Origin: Rhynchobatus australiae
Lineage: Eukaryota
NCBI GenBank assembly: GCA_034780895.1
Contig: JAUZTB010000062.1
Location: 14,021,478-14,085,477 of the forward strand
Direction of reading: 5' to 3'
Length of the DNA: 64,000 nt
Numbering within the stretch: position 1 is the stretch's first letter; every line of letters starts with the position of its first letter. Below, piece after piece: positions 41,801 through 50,985 of the stretch. The notes under the pieces are model-generated. The model had not been told where the DNA came from and made no database searches. It saw only the letters and a program-made list of their open reading frames with translations. The position numbers and the translations under genes were made by a program.

Positions 41801-44800
41801 TTGACAGACAATTTCCATTCCTTAGAAATGAACTGGAAGCAAGTTATCCTTGACCTTAAAAAGTTTGATTAAGAAGAGAAGATCCACTGTTTAAACAGTG
41901 AAATGTCTGTGCCCATCAATAGAACTTGGCTTCCGCAGCACTGCTCCCAGTCTCCACACTTCTTCCTGATATTTTCATAGGTTTCTCCATTCAAAGAGTG
42001 GGGGTTCCCAGGAACTGCTCACAAGCTGGCATGACAAGAGACCAGACCAAAGNNNNNNNNNNNNNNNNNNNNNNNNNNNNNNNNNNACAAAGTCCTTAAG
42101 CAGCCACATGCAGCCCTGGAGCAGCAGGTTGGCAATCACACACTTAGAAGACAACACTTTCTGAACTCCAGAGCTCTGACTTGTTCATCACAGGCAACTG
42201 GACTTCATTCTGAACCACAGCAAAGGGGAAAATGCTTCCAATTTGAATAAACCAAAACAAGCATTAAAAACTCAAACATGGAAGCTTCCCAATTACTATA
42301 TTTCCCTCAGAGCGTTGTGATCTTTTGCCTTGGCCTCCCAAGTTGTTAAAAACGATGGCATTTCCTCTTCCAGTTATTTTCCACGTGCCCCTTTGTGAAA
42401 TGCCATTTTCCAATAAATATACACACAAAATATCCAAATAACGACAAAAATACAAAACAAGAAAATAACATACCCCGCTACACTTTTCTGTAGATTCTAG
42501 CAGATGAGTTTGTGCTTCCTTCAAGCTCTGCGGAAGGGCAGGAGAAGATATTTTTCCCAAAGTTGACACCATGACAACGACCGGCTGTGGTTTAGATGGA
42601 GCATCATTTGCACCCACATCTGGAATTTCAATTATTTTGTTTGTCGGCTCCAGGGAGATTGGATCCTGATTAGAGAAACAGTGACTTCCTGATGTAGCTG
42701 AATCTGTTGGAGATGTTCCCTGGGATTCCAGTGGCACTTCAGACTGCACATTGCCTTCTTCATTGGTCAAAGGTCCCTGTCGGAAATCCAATAAAGAGAA
42801 TAAACCTCTGTAATGGTACACTACTAAAAACAGACGTAGGGCATTTGGATGTAGTTTTCATTCCACCCAGTGAAAGAAAACATTAAACTTCTCCCTCATA
42901 TTCCAGAGTGGATCTCCCTTTTCCACCTTCACGCTGTATTTTCTCTGCTCCTCCCTTGCTGAAATACATGGTAACTGTTCAAACATCTCACTGAATGTGC
43001 TATTCTGCAGACACCATTTAAATGACTGTCCAGATCCCAGTGCTGAGCAAAGCCATTTTATTCAACTTACTTACTATGACAAAGAAGGAAACCCATTGCG
43101 TCCATGACAACTCTTGGCAGAGCAATCCATTCTTATTATTATCCTGTAGCTATACAGTTCATTCTCTCTCACATGCCCATCAACTTCCCTTTGGGTCCTT
43201 TCACCTTTTATCGTCACCAGGGATACAGTGGCCAATTAATCTAACAGGACACCTTTGGGATGGTGGAGGAGAGAATCAAAGCACCAAAGAGAAACCTGTG
43301 CAGACACAGGAAGAACATACAAACTCCACACAAACAGCATCTTGGGGGTGTCAGTGCTTCCTAGCAAAGAACCATCAAAGCCGATTGTAGCACTCCCATT
43401 TCTGCCTGACTCAAAGCAGTTCCTTAGCTTCAACTGAAGTGGAAATTCAGGATCTTCCATGACCGTAAACCTCAAGCAACCACCAGTTTAACTGCTCCAT
43501 TAGGAAAGCCAGGAATTGTCTTTCAGAATTGCAGAAAGCACAAGTATAAACAATGCATTGTCAGTTGGTGCTACCAAGGTTTTATGCATCATGCACAAGT
43601 TGTGGAAAATGTTGATCACATATCTATCTACAAGGTTTGAGACAGGAACAATAGCTTGCATCCTTCAAAACGCATATTGTTACAAGCCCAGTTTGCTATT
43701 TAATGAGTGTNNNNNNNNNNNNNNNNNNNNNNNNNNNNNNNNNNNNNNNNNNNNNNNNNNNNNNNNNNNNNNNNNNNNNNNNNNNNNNNNNNNNNNNNNN
43801 NNNNNNNNNNNNNNNNNNNNNNNNNNNNNNNNNNNNNNNNNNNNNNNNNNNNNNNNNNNNNNNNNNNNNNNNNNNNNNNNNNNNNNNNNNNNNNNNNNNN
43901 NNNNNNNNNNNNNNNNNNNNNNNNNNNNNNNNNNNNNNNNNNNNNNNNNNNNNNNNNNNNNNNNNNNNNNNNNNNNNNNNNNNNNNNNNNNNNNNNNNNN
44001 NNNNNNNNNNNNNNNNNNNNNNNNNNNNNNNNNNNNNNNNNNNNNNNNNNNNNNNNNNNNNNNNNNNNNNNNNNNNNNNNNNNNNNNNNNNNNNNNNNNN
44101 NNNNNNNNNNNNNNNNNNNNNNNNNNNNNNNNNNNNNNNNNNNNNNNNNNNNNNNNNNNNNNNNNNNNNNNNNNNNNNNNNNNNNNNNNNNNNNNNNNNN
44201 NNNNNNNNNNNNNNNNNNNNNNNNNNNNNNNNNNNNNNNNNNNNNNNNNNNNNNNNNNNNNGTCAATGTCTGATATCTAACATTTTTATTTCTCTTATTA
44301 TTACAAGTAGTTATTAATAAATAGATTCTAACATTTAAACATGACTCATTGTGTTTCTATTATTGCTGGTACATAACAACATCAAGTCTTTAGAAGTCCT
44401 ACAGGGGAAATTCCCTCATGCTTCCAGACTTCCATGTAACTATAATTGAATCATCTCTCTCTGCAACTGGCCCTTCCCCATGCTAAGTCACACCTAATCT
44501 CCAATTAAATCCATGTCTTGATCGATTTATTGCAAGAGGATTTGAGTACAACAATAATGATGTCTTACTGGATTATACAGGCCCTTAGTGGAGTCATGTA
44601 CAATTTTGATTTCCTTACCTCGGCAAGGATAGGCTTGCCTTTAGAGTACAGTGAAGGTTCACCAGACCGGTTCATGTTACAGCAGTTTGTCATATTTGGG
44701 GAGATTGAGCAGGCTAGACCTTTATTCTCTTTAGAAGAACAAGTGGTGATCTCACTAAAGTGTACAAAATTTGGAGAAGACTTTAACAGGGTAAATGAGA

Positions 44801-45933
44801 GGGGATGTTTCCTTGACTAAGTTGTCCAGAACCAGTAGTCACACTATCTAAATGAGAGGTATGCCATTTAACACTTAAATTAGGCAAAATTTCTTCATTT
44901 GGTGGGCAGTAAATCTTTGGACTTCTCTACCCCACTGGAATGTAGAGGCTCAGTCACTGTATTCAAGACAGAGATGGGTTGTCATTTGCCCACAGCTCAA
45001 GCTTCTTTTGCATTCCATGTCTCCCCACTGCTAACAGCTTTTTGAAGGTCACAAAGTGGAATTGCCTTCCTATATCCCACCTTGTCCTACTCTCACTTTC
45101 AAACAAAGCCTTTGGACTTGCAGTATTCCCTCAACATCCATGTTCATTTGATTGCACCTTTGTGAAGTGCCCAGAGACTTTTCCTGAAATAAAAGCAGAA
45201 AATCTAGATAATCAGCAGGGCAGGGAGCAGTTGTGACAGAGAAACAGAGTTAACATTCTAGGTTGTAGAACTTCCATCAGAATGGTAAAAGTTGCTTTTC
45301 AGATAACTATTTTATCATGGGATTAAATTTAATGTTGTTGCATGCACTAGCACTGCCCAAAGTCCAATGAGTCTAGTGTATCATCGGAATTTCCTGTTAC
45401 ACAATTCTCAGCCTATACGATATTCTGCCACTGTTCTGGCCAACCAAAATTAATGCCACGTCAGATTTTTAAAATAAAAACACAACAAGCTGCCGTGACT
45501 CTTATTTGCCGTGAAAGCATGGCTTAAATGAACTAGCTGAATCACAAACTTTACTACATTCATAAATATGTGACATTCAATATCAATTTCACCTTGCTCT
45601 ATGCCATACATTTTGTTACAACAACATGTCTGTGCCAGTGATTAGCCTGGATATTGGTGGATTCTGGCGGGCAGGTGCTTTCTCTGTAAAACTTTCAGCA
45701 AAAGACACAATCTGTTTCTCCACAAGCTAATGGCCTGCCGCTGAGATAATCACAGGTTCACTTACTGTTTCAGAGGCAATAACATAATCAGAGTCTCCAA
45801 TTTCCACTGTAACTGAAGCAGGCTCCAAAGTGTTTGATGCTGAAAGAGGAGAGTGATCAGCAAGTGATAACGATGAATCCAGTAGAGATGATTTCTGGAG
45901 TTCCTGGGCCACATCAGGAATGTCTTCTTCCAT
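350..45933 (-). CDS. RNF213: RNF213-like (mysterin; probably rnf213-beta type) gene, 5' part: disordered N-arm, CBM20-like domain and start of the helical stalk; spliced, continues beyond window start
   Basis: Chain of GT-AG exons with consistent phases. Peptides [69 protein letters not shown] and [15 protein letters not shown] recall vertebrate RNF213 in the same order. Confidence 0.85.
2267..2434 (-). CDS. RNF213: RNF213-like exon (GDCSKLNV...DLFQA)
   Basis: 168 nt, phase 1-1, |gtgagt donor, resembles the RNF213 L.SG.I..GQL..I..F.DIW segment. Confidence 0.85.
3186..3630 (+). mobile_element. CR1 LINE ORF2 fragment
   Basis: Homologous to 63200-63670 ([17 protein letters not shown]). Confidence 0.85.
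3975..4410 (+). mobile_element. CR1 LINE 3' end
   Basis: [31 protein letters not shown] peptide and ctgtactgttctatgttc tail. Confidence 0.85.
4628..4802 (-). CDS. RNF213: RNF213-like exon (NKKEAELL...YCLLQ)
   Basis: 175 nt, phase 0-1, open. Confidence 0.85.
5580..5985 (-). mobile_element. Old SINE with a Deu-like core (SacSINE1-like); related relics near 25905-26160, 40380-40560, 47190-47350 and 62330-62700
   Basis: gcagcac..ccctcagtactgcactg core and caaagcactttg/actacacttcaaaag-type tail shared among the copies. Confidence 0.55.
6137..6259 (-). CDS. RNF213: RNF213-like exon ([10 protein letters not shown]...DAICQ)
   Basis: 123 nt, phase 0-0, resembles RNF213 FEKC.IEAV..ACQ. Confidence 0.85.
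6937..7035 (-). CDS. RNF213: RNF213-like exon ([10 protein letters not shown]...KRIQE)
   Basis: 99 nt, phase 0-0, canonical splice sites. Confidence 0.85.
7660..8272 (+). mobile_element. Degenerate CR1 3' fragments
   Basis: WN.LP..V motifs and a 3' UTR similar to other copies in the window. Confidence 0.7.
8277..8402 (-). mobile_element. 5'-truncated SINE, same family as 18375-18673
   Basis: Reverse complement of 18537-18665. Confidence 0.85.
8440..9095 (+). mobile_element. Degenerate LINE (L2/CR1 clade) 3' region
   Basis: [22 protein letters not shown] peptide; related copy on minus at 58680-59150. Confidence 0.7.
9115..9355 (+). mobile_element. CR1 3' end
   Basis: WNSLP.RVVEA followed by gatcagccatgat..ctactcctgctcct 3' UTR. 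Confidence 0.75.
10564..10713 (-). CDS. RNF213: RNF213-like exon (ESQNESPP...KKELE)
   Basis: 150 nt, phase 0-0, strong acceptor. Confidence 0.85.
11951..12110 (-). CDS. RNF213: RNF213-like exon (SVSDLKEN...MLLAE)
   Basis: 160 nt, phase 2-0, ttttttgcag| acceptor, |gtaagt donor. Confidence 0.85.
12659..12714 (-). CDS. RNF213: RNF213-like short exon ([19 protein letters not shown])
   Basis: 56 nt, phase 0-2, ttattctgcag| acceptor, ag|gtacac donor. Confidence 0.75.
13249..13459 (-). CDS. RNF213: RNF213-like exon (KLLQLVFQ...REDIE)
   Basis: 211 nt, phase 2-0, 'D..LIQSWFLL' resembles RNF213 'DEPLFRSWFSLL'. Confidence 0.85.
14856..14883 (+). repeat. (TG)n microsatellite
   Basis: Direct reading. 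Confidence 0.95.
15840..16830 (+). mobile_element. Two degenerate CR1 3' fragments
   Basis: [15 protein letters not shown] and [16 protein letters not shown] peptides. Confidence 0.8.
16990..17258 (-). CDS. RNF213: RNF213-like exon ([11 protein letters not shown]...FPEFQ)
   Basis: 269 nt, phase 0-2, canonical splice sites. Confidence 0.85.
18375..18673 (+). mobile_element. Full-length tRNA-derived SINE with V-SINE-type core
   Basis: A box tggtagtgtagcgg, B box ggttcaattcc, core gagtttgtacgttctcccc..gtgggtttcctc..tgctccggtttcctcccaca. Confidence 0.88.
19826..20100 (-). CDS. RNF213: RNF213-like exon (EWHQYDGIL...FKDEQ)
   Basis: 275 nt, phase 1-0, WHQY motif of RNF213. Confidence 0.88.
20660..21240 (+). 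mobile_element. CR1 reverse-transcriptase fragment
   Basis: [20 protein letters not shown] and GV.QGSVLGP motifs, frameshifted. Confidence 0.88.
21470..22290 (-). mobile_element. Rex1/Babar-like non-LTR RT fragment
   Basis: [42 protein letters not shown] and IESILS.CI.AWYG peptides. Confidence 0.8.
22485..22880 (-). mobile_element. CR1 3' end
   Basis: [20 protein letters not shown] peptide; ctgtatgattctatga tail on minus. Confidence 0.8.
23477..23640 (-). CDS. RNF213: RNF213-like exon, CBM20-like domain second half ([12 protein letters not shown]...PSDLPEN)
   Basis: 164 nt, phase 2-1, resembles RNF213 RDLG..LVEG..IPYKY. Confidence 0.85.
25266..25283 (-). CDS. RNF213: Start of an RNF213-like exon (NQSTVRP...) running into gap 24967-25265; expected to encode the first half of the CBM20-like domain
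   Basis: Strong polypyrimidine acceptor ttttttgtttctttcttgtag|, phase 2 matches the previous exon. Confidence 0.6.
26165..26784 (+). repeat. Direct repeat of about 160 bp (26165-26324 and 26625-26784)
   Basis: Near-identical purine-rich copies offset by 460 bp. Confidence 0.9.
27143..27228 (-). CDS. RNF213: RNF213-like exon (GERKSNDK...SDKQ)
   Basis: 86 nt, phase 0-2, ttttcatag| acceptor, |gtaagt donor. Confidence 0.75.
29881..30240 (-). CDS. RNF213: RNF213-like disordered exon ([10 protein letters not shown]...AVQRK)
   Basis: 360 nt open, phase 0-0, aag|gtaaca donor. The acceptor position is less certain (A-rich). Confidence 0.7.
30817..30989 (-). CDS. RNF213: RNF213-like disordered exon ([11 protein letters not shown]...KSSSE)
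   Basis: 173 nt, phase 1-0, cacag| acceptor, gag|gtatag donor. Confidence 0.7.
31100..31348 (+). mobile_element. CR1 3' end
   Basis: [23 protein letters not shown] peptide. Confidence 0.85.
33262..33400 (-). CDS. RNF213: RNF213-like diverged A-type exon ([12 protein letters not shown]...DNSAE)
   Basis: 139 nt, phase 0-1, basic start like the A exons, g|gtgaca donor. Confidence 0.65.
34262..34458 (-). CDS. RNF213: RNF213-like repeat exon B3 (DVMDVQAHP...GGKRRK)
   Basis: 197 nt, phase 1-0, ttctgttcttag| acceptor, aag|gtatgt donor. Confidence 0.7.
34808..34970 (-). CDS. RNF213: RNF213-like repeat exon A3 ([16 protein letters not shown]...GQTTEG)
   Basis: 163 nt, phase 0-1, 7 nt differences from A2, g|gtggat donor. 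Confidence 0.7.
36681..37027 (-). CDS. RNF213: RNF213-like repeat exon B2 (EVMNIHAHP...GKQSKG); contains a probably spurious gap
   Basis: Phase 1-0. Collapsing the 26-nt overlap flanking the 100-N gap gives 221 nt in frame. |gtatgt donor. Confidence 0.7.
37413..37575 (-). CDS. RNF213: RNF213-like repeat exon A2 ([16 protein letters not shown]...GQTTEG)
   Basis: 163 nt, phase 0-1, T-rich ..gatgcag| acceptor, g|gtagat donor. Confidence 0.7.
38951..39153 (-). CDS. RNF213: RNF213-like repeat exon B1 (DVKNVEAHP...GKRSNG)
   Basis: 203 nt, phase 1-0, ttatcag| acceptor, |gtatgt donor, open frame. Confidence 0.7.
39546..39794 (-). CDS. RNF213: RNF213-like repeat exon A1 ([16 protein letters not shown]...GATEG), interrupted by an assembly gap
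   Basis: Homologous to A2/A3. tgattcag| acceptor, g|gtagat donor. The 100-N gap would replace only about 14 nt if the length equals A2/A3. Confidence 0.65.
41654..41703 (+). repeat. Compound (TG)/(CG)/(CA) alternating purine-pyrimidine tract
   Basis: Direct reading. Confidence 0.85.
42474..42776 (-). CDS. RNF213: RNF213-like N-terminal disordered exon (GPLTNEEG...EKCSG)
   Basis: 303 nt open, cag| acceptor, |gtatgt donor, phase 0-0, S/P/E-rich. Confidence 0.75.
44510..44980 (+). mobile_element. Degenerate CR1 3' fragment
   Basis: Nucleotide similarity to the other CR1 copies. Confidence 0.6.
45766..45933 (-). CDS. RNF213: RNF213-like putative first coding exon ([10 protein letters not shown]...IASET); exon acceptor boundary at 45946
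   Basis: gagATGg Kozak context, tttag acceptor, aca|gtaagt donor, phase 0 into the next exon. Confidence 0.6.
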
Positions 45934-46226
45934 CTCAATGCAACACCTAAAGAGGTTTTAAAAAGTTTTTTATACTGAAATAATACCTGCATCGTTATTA
46001 TTAAATGTAAAAGTTATTAAAATATGAAAAATATATCATACTGTTATTTATCACCATCCTGCCACATTAACATTTATATTATTAACGTGAATTTACATGA
46101 CACTTCACATTAAAACATCCCACTGACTTTTACAAAGTCTGATACTGACTTGTTAAGAGAGCAGAGGCATTTGCAGATAACAATGCTGTCTGCAAGATCC
46201 AGGCCAATGTCACTTGTTTGTTATGT

Positions 46227-46272
46227 GAAAATGAAAGTGAAACTAAAATAGTTGCTTCCCTTATTCCTTGAA
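46227..46272. promoter_or_regulatory. ISRE/IRF element GAAAATGAAAGTGAAACT (46227-46244) plus GAS TTCCTTGAA (46264-46272)
   Basis: Consensus matches (GAAANNGAAANNGAAACT; TTCN3GAA) about 280 bp upstream of the first coding exon of a gene family known to be interferon-inducible. Confidence 0.65.
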
Positions 46273-47691
46273 TTTCAATAATGTTAGCTTTCTATATGGA
46301 TTTATCAGCAATTTACCCTACTGCACTCAATTAAAATTTAACTTTCTGATTACAAGGCTGTTTCAGCAACCAAGTGGAAGACGTCCTGCTTAATGCCACA
46401 AAACATGTTGATGTTTCACGAAGACAGTCTTGAGATCTGAATCAAAGTATCTGCACTCTACATTTTCTCCCTTTACAACTGAATTTTGTACTGTATACCA
46501 TGCTGCTGGCAACCAGAATAACAAACAACTTTCTTCCATGCATATNNNNNNNNNNNNNNNNNNNNNNNNNNNNNNNNNNNNNNNNNNNNNNNNNNNNNNN
46601 NNNNNNNNNNNNNNNNNNNNNNNNNNNNNNNNNNNNNNNNNNNNNATATATTCATGCCACTAAGAGTTGCATCTGGAATCAGTATGAAAATCTAGCGACC
46701 ATTCTATTTTTTCCCTTTGTCTTTCTGTCCTTCCTTCATCCCAGACTAAACTAAGTAATTAGCACCCAAGTTTCTGGGTTTGGAAAATCACTTGGAAAAT
46801 ATGTTAACATTTTGCAGGAACATTCCATTGGCAGATTACAGAGCAACTCCACATGAGCACTCATACTTGTTTACTTGATGCCACTTCAAGAATTATTTGG
46901 TGCGTGAATGAAGCATATCTAAATTCACCAGTTTCCTTTATAAACTAGATAAATGCATTAACCTTGTTCAAATGTCTCCTGCACAAGTTTTTATTTTAAA
47001 CTGTTCCCTAACATTCTTCATCTATTGTATTTGGATGCATCCCACACATTGTCCTACCTCACGCTTTTCCCAACAGGACTGCAGCTAAATACTAGCAGGT
47101 AAATGGGACTAGCAGAATAATGTTTCGGCACAGACTAGAAGGGCCGAAAGGCCTGTTTTCTGTGCTGTAGTTTTCTATGGACCCTGAAAGAAATAAAAGA
47201 CTTGCATTTTCATCCACTAACCCCAGGTGCCAAGAGTACTTTATAACTAATGGAGGAGTATGAAGCGTAGTTACTGTTTTCATGCAAAAAAAATCAAATT
47301 ACACAGCAAGCTCCCATAAACAGCAATGTGAAAATAACCAGATAACCTGTGAAGACATCAATATTTGCATTAAACTGAATTAATCTCACTTTCAAGGTCG
47401 CATTGCCAATAGAGCAACATCCTCTAAGTGCACTATTGCTAAGTAGCATCAGTTTTGAATGGAACAAACCCATTTATTTCCGAATCAGAATCAAGAGTAC
47501 CACAACTGACTTAACAAGGTGGTTCGGTAAATATGTTTTATATAAATCTCACCAAGTGGAAATTATTACTTCCTGTGAATTTTTTTTAACCAAAATAAAC
47601 TTTATTCACAATAAAAGACAAACTATATACAATAATAAAACAGCACAAGCCTTCTATAATTAGTGTTGCCTTAGGCATGTTACACACTTAC

Positions 47692-47790
47692 CTACCACTA
47701 AAAAGAGGATTCAGTTGTCGCCTGGAGTCTGCCCCCTCTGAAAACAAGCTTCAGCCCCCACAACATCTTCCCGGTCTCTCTGATTCCGAT
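47692..47790 (-). other. Candidate non-coding first exon of the RNF213-like gene (5' end approximate)
   Basis: Consensus donor ag|gtaagt at 47691; an in-frame stop makes it non-coding; CCAAT and AP-1 motifs lie just upstream. Confidence 0.4.
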
Positions 47791-47860
47791 TGGCTTGCTT
47801 GACTTGACTCATGCTCACCTCAGCCAAGCAAAACACCCCTGCAGGCCCATGCACCAATCA
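47788..47860 (-). promoter_or_regulatory. Candidate proximal promoter motifs: CCAAT boxes (47789-47793 on minus, 47854-47858 on plus) and AP-1 TGACTCA (47805-47811)
   Basis: Direct motif matches next to the candidate first exon; relatively CpG-richer sequence lies beyond the gap (48290-49500). Confidence 0.35.
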
Positions 47861-49231
47861 TTCCTTGCACAGGTGTTGTCACTCTTAGGANNNNNNNNNN
47901 NNNNNNNNNNNNNNNNNNNNNNNNNNNNNNNNNNNNNNNNNNNNNNNNNNNNNNNNNNNNNNNNNNNNNNNNNNNNNNNNNNNNNNNNNNNNNNNNNNNN
48001 NNNNNNNNNNNNNNNNNNNNNNNNNNNNNNNNNNNNNNNNNNNNNNNNNNNNNNNNNNNNNNNNNNNNNNNNNNNNNNNNNNNNNNNNNNNNNNNNNNNN
48101 NNNNNNNNNNNNNNNNNNNNNNNNNNNNNNNNNNNNNNNNNNNNNNNNNNNNNNNNNNNNNNNNNNNNNNNNNNNNNNNNNNNNNNNNNNNNNNNNNNNN
48201 NNNNNNNNNNNNNNNNNNNNNNNNNNNNNNNNNNNNNNNNNNNNNNNNNNNNNNNNNNNNNNNNNNNNNNNNNNNNNNNNNNNNNNNNNCTGCGTGTTCG
48301 AACCCAGTCCCTTTACTTGGGAATTTCGGAAGGTTCTAACGGGCGTACATTGGAAACATACCAGTGCAGATGCTAAATAAGATTTATTTTAATCAGATTT
48401 AAAAGAAGAACGCGTAATAATAATTAAATTAATGCGCCTCAAATTATTTCAATTGACATACTGTACAGGCTCTCTTATACTTAAAAGACGTGAGATCAGA
48501 TGGTGGTAGCCTTTCAATCACATAGTCATAACATGTAATTAACATTGCCTGCCGTCCAAAATGGACTTGGGATTTCGTAGTATTAGCAACCAAAGGACCA
48601 GGATTCGCTGTCTTTATTCCCTGAAACTGATAGCAACTTCGAGATTTTCACGTTTGTATGATTTAAAAAGGATATCCCAAATTTGGAGTCAGTGATTCGT
48701 TATGTTTTCATAATCTACTCTATTGAAATCACTTAAACCAGCGGGAAATTAGTCCCGGTAAAAAGTAACTTTAAACTGTTCAACCGCGTTTGGTGAGGTT
48801 TGAGTTTTTAAATGGTGGACTCGGCCAATAAAAGCTGCTCAACAAACTATCAGTTCCTCTCTGTGTTTAATATCCTTGAATGGATTCATAAAGTAAAAAA
48901 GAACGAGGGAGATTTCTTTGTCACATTTTGCTTCCACTTTAAGGGAAGGTTTTAGCACACTCCATAATGTTTAAATCAACTTGTTTCCTGGTGTTCGGTC
49001 TGTGAGAATTTTTTCATGTGAATAGCTACCTGGTCAGTTTAATGGCATTGTGACTCGCGGAGGGAAATGTCCTGCTAAACCTGACGCCGGGCAGCGAAAA
49101 AGAGGCCGTTCTCTCCACTGGATCCTTGCAGGGATTATTTTATGTTGAGTTTGGTGGGAAGTGCCGTGATTTCGCCACTAGCCACAAATTATGTTTCCTG
49201 ACTTGGGTATCTAGTCACCCTAAATGAAGAC

Positions 49232-49345
49232 AAGAAGATGCTGGAAATCTGAAATAAAAACAGCAAGTGCTGGAAATTCTTAGCAGGTCAGATAGCGTCT
49301 GTGGAAAGGGAAACAGAGTTAACGTCTGAGGTCGGGCACCCTTCG
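49232..49345 (+). mobile_element. Short dispersed repeat (gatgctggaaatctgaa..cagcaggtcag..gcatctgtggag), Penelope-terminus-like; other copies near 6740, 9670, 31960, 40700, 45190, 51170, 51480, 54030 and 62090
   Basis: At least nine recognisable copies in both orientations. Confidence 0.6.
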
Positions 49346-49865
49346 CCATCTAAACTGTCTGAAGGGGAGCTGCACCGCAGCTAGAGCAGGTGTCAGGGAT
49401 CATTCTGCAGGGAATCCGACGTGGCAGCCCGAGAAATCACTCAGATTGGAAGAAAGCCATCCCAAGGTTCTCAGACACAGGAGGAGGTTGAAAGGAGAAG
49501 CGTTGAGCTGTTACACCAGCGGCCAGAATCTACACACTAGAACACGGAAGCAACACTTAAAATGATATGGTGTTTTAATACTATATAAGAGCACTGTAAA
49601 AGGCATTACTGTGGACGACATCAACAGCACAAGTTTTCTTTCCACCTCTGTATTATCTCTGAAGTTCCCCAAGGATCTAAGATAGGCAGAGAGGTGACAG
49701 ATGGAATTTAATCTCGAAAATTGTGAGGCCAGGCACTTGGAGGGTCTAATAAGGCTTGGATACACACAAAGAATGATAGGACCCTAGGAAGTACTGACAG
49801 AGGGACCTTGGTGTATATGTCCAAGGATCCCTGAAGGCAGCAGCGTAGATAGATAAGGTGATAAA

Positions 49866-50165
49866 GATAAGATCTATATTAGTCACACGTACATCCAAAC
49901 ACACAGTGAAATGCATCTTTTGTGTAGAGTGTTCTGGGGGCAGCTCGCAAGCGTTGCAACGCTTCTGGCGGCAACATAGCATGCCCACAACTTCCTAACC
50001 TGTACATCTTTGGAATGTGGGAGGAAACTGGAGCACCCAGAGGAAACCGGAGCACCCAGAGGAAACCCACACAGACACGGGGGGAACGTACAGATAGTGG
50101 TGGAAATTGAACCCACGTCGCTGGTGCTGGAATACATTACACTAACCACTACACTACCGTGCCTG
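49866..50165 (-). mobile_element. Full-length V-SINE-type element with an internal 19-bp duplication
   Basis: Reverse complement of 18375-18673; aggaaac(t/c)ggagcacccag occurs twice (50022-50059). Confidence 0.88.
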
Positions 50166-50344
50166 TGGTTAAGAAGGCACGAAGGATACTTTCTTCATTA
50201 GTCTGGGCAAAGAATGCAAGAGCAGGGAGCTTATGGTACAACTTTATAAAGCATTGATTGGCCATAGCTGGCGTACCATGCACCATCCCATGCCATACTA
50301 CTGGAAGGATGTGATTGCACTGGATAGCGTGCAGTGGAGATTCA

Positions 50345-50985
50345 TCAGGCTGTTGCCTGCGTTGGAAGAAGAGATGTGGTGGCTTTGCTCTTTTTGGAGA
50401 CACATGAGACTGCAGATGCTGGAATCTGGAGCAACGCATGAGATGCTGAAGGAACTCAGTGGTCAAGCAGTTCTAAAAAAGGATGTCCTGCAGTGGAAGG
50501 CCTCATCATGCGAACAGATACGACGAAGATGAAGGAACTGAGGAAAGGGAGTGGCGTCCTTGGGGTAACAGGGTGGGAGGAGGTGTAGTTGAGCTGTCAG
50601 TGGGTTCATAATGGATTCTGAAAAAGGATATCCTGGCTTCCCTGCCTGATCCATTGAGTTCCTGCAACATCTTGTGTGTTTTTCTCTTGAGGACCTCACT
50701 GAGATATACAATATTATGAGTAGATAGGAAGAAACATTTTCCTTAGCAGTAGTGTCTGTAACTATAGGTTTAGATAAGGGGTAGGAGACTTAGAGGGAAT
50801 TTGAGGAAGATGAGGCCTTCCACAGCAGGACTTCCTTTTCGAGAACTGCTTGACCGCTGAGTTCCTTCAGCACCTCATGTGTTGCTCCAGATTCCAGCAT
50901 CTGCAGTCTCTTGTGTCTCCAAAGAGAACAAACCCACCACATCTCTCCTTGCAGTGGAAGGGCTCCAATGCAGGCAACAGCCTGG
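50345..50985. repeat. Imperfect inverted repeat of about 165 bp (50345-50507 vs 50810-50985)
   Basis: Arms are readable as reverse complements, and two minus-strand ORFs share the peptide [14 protein letters not shown] with their opposite-strand counterparts. Confidence 0.85.

Noticed and set aside
45593-45765. Longer version of the first coding exon ending at ag|gtgaa (45593)
   Set aside because: Two in-frame stops; the gtaagt donor at 45765 gives the correct phase.
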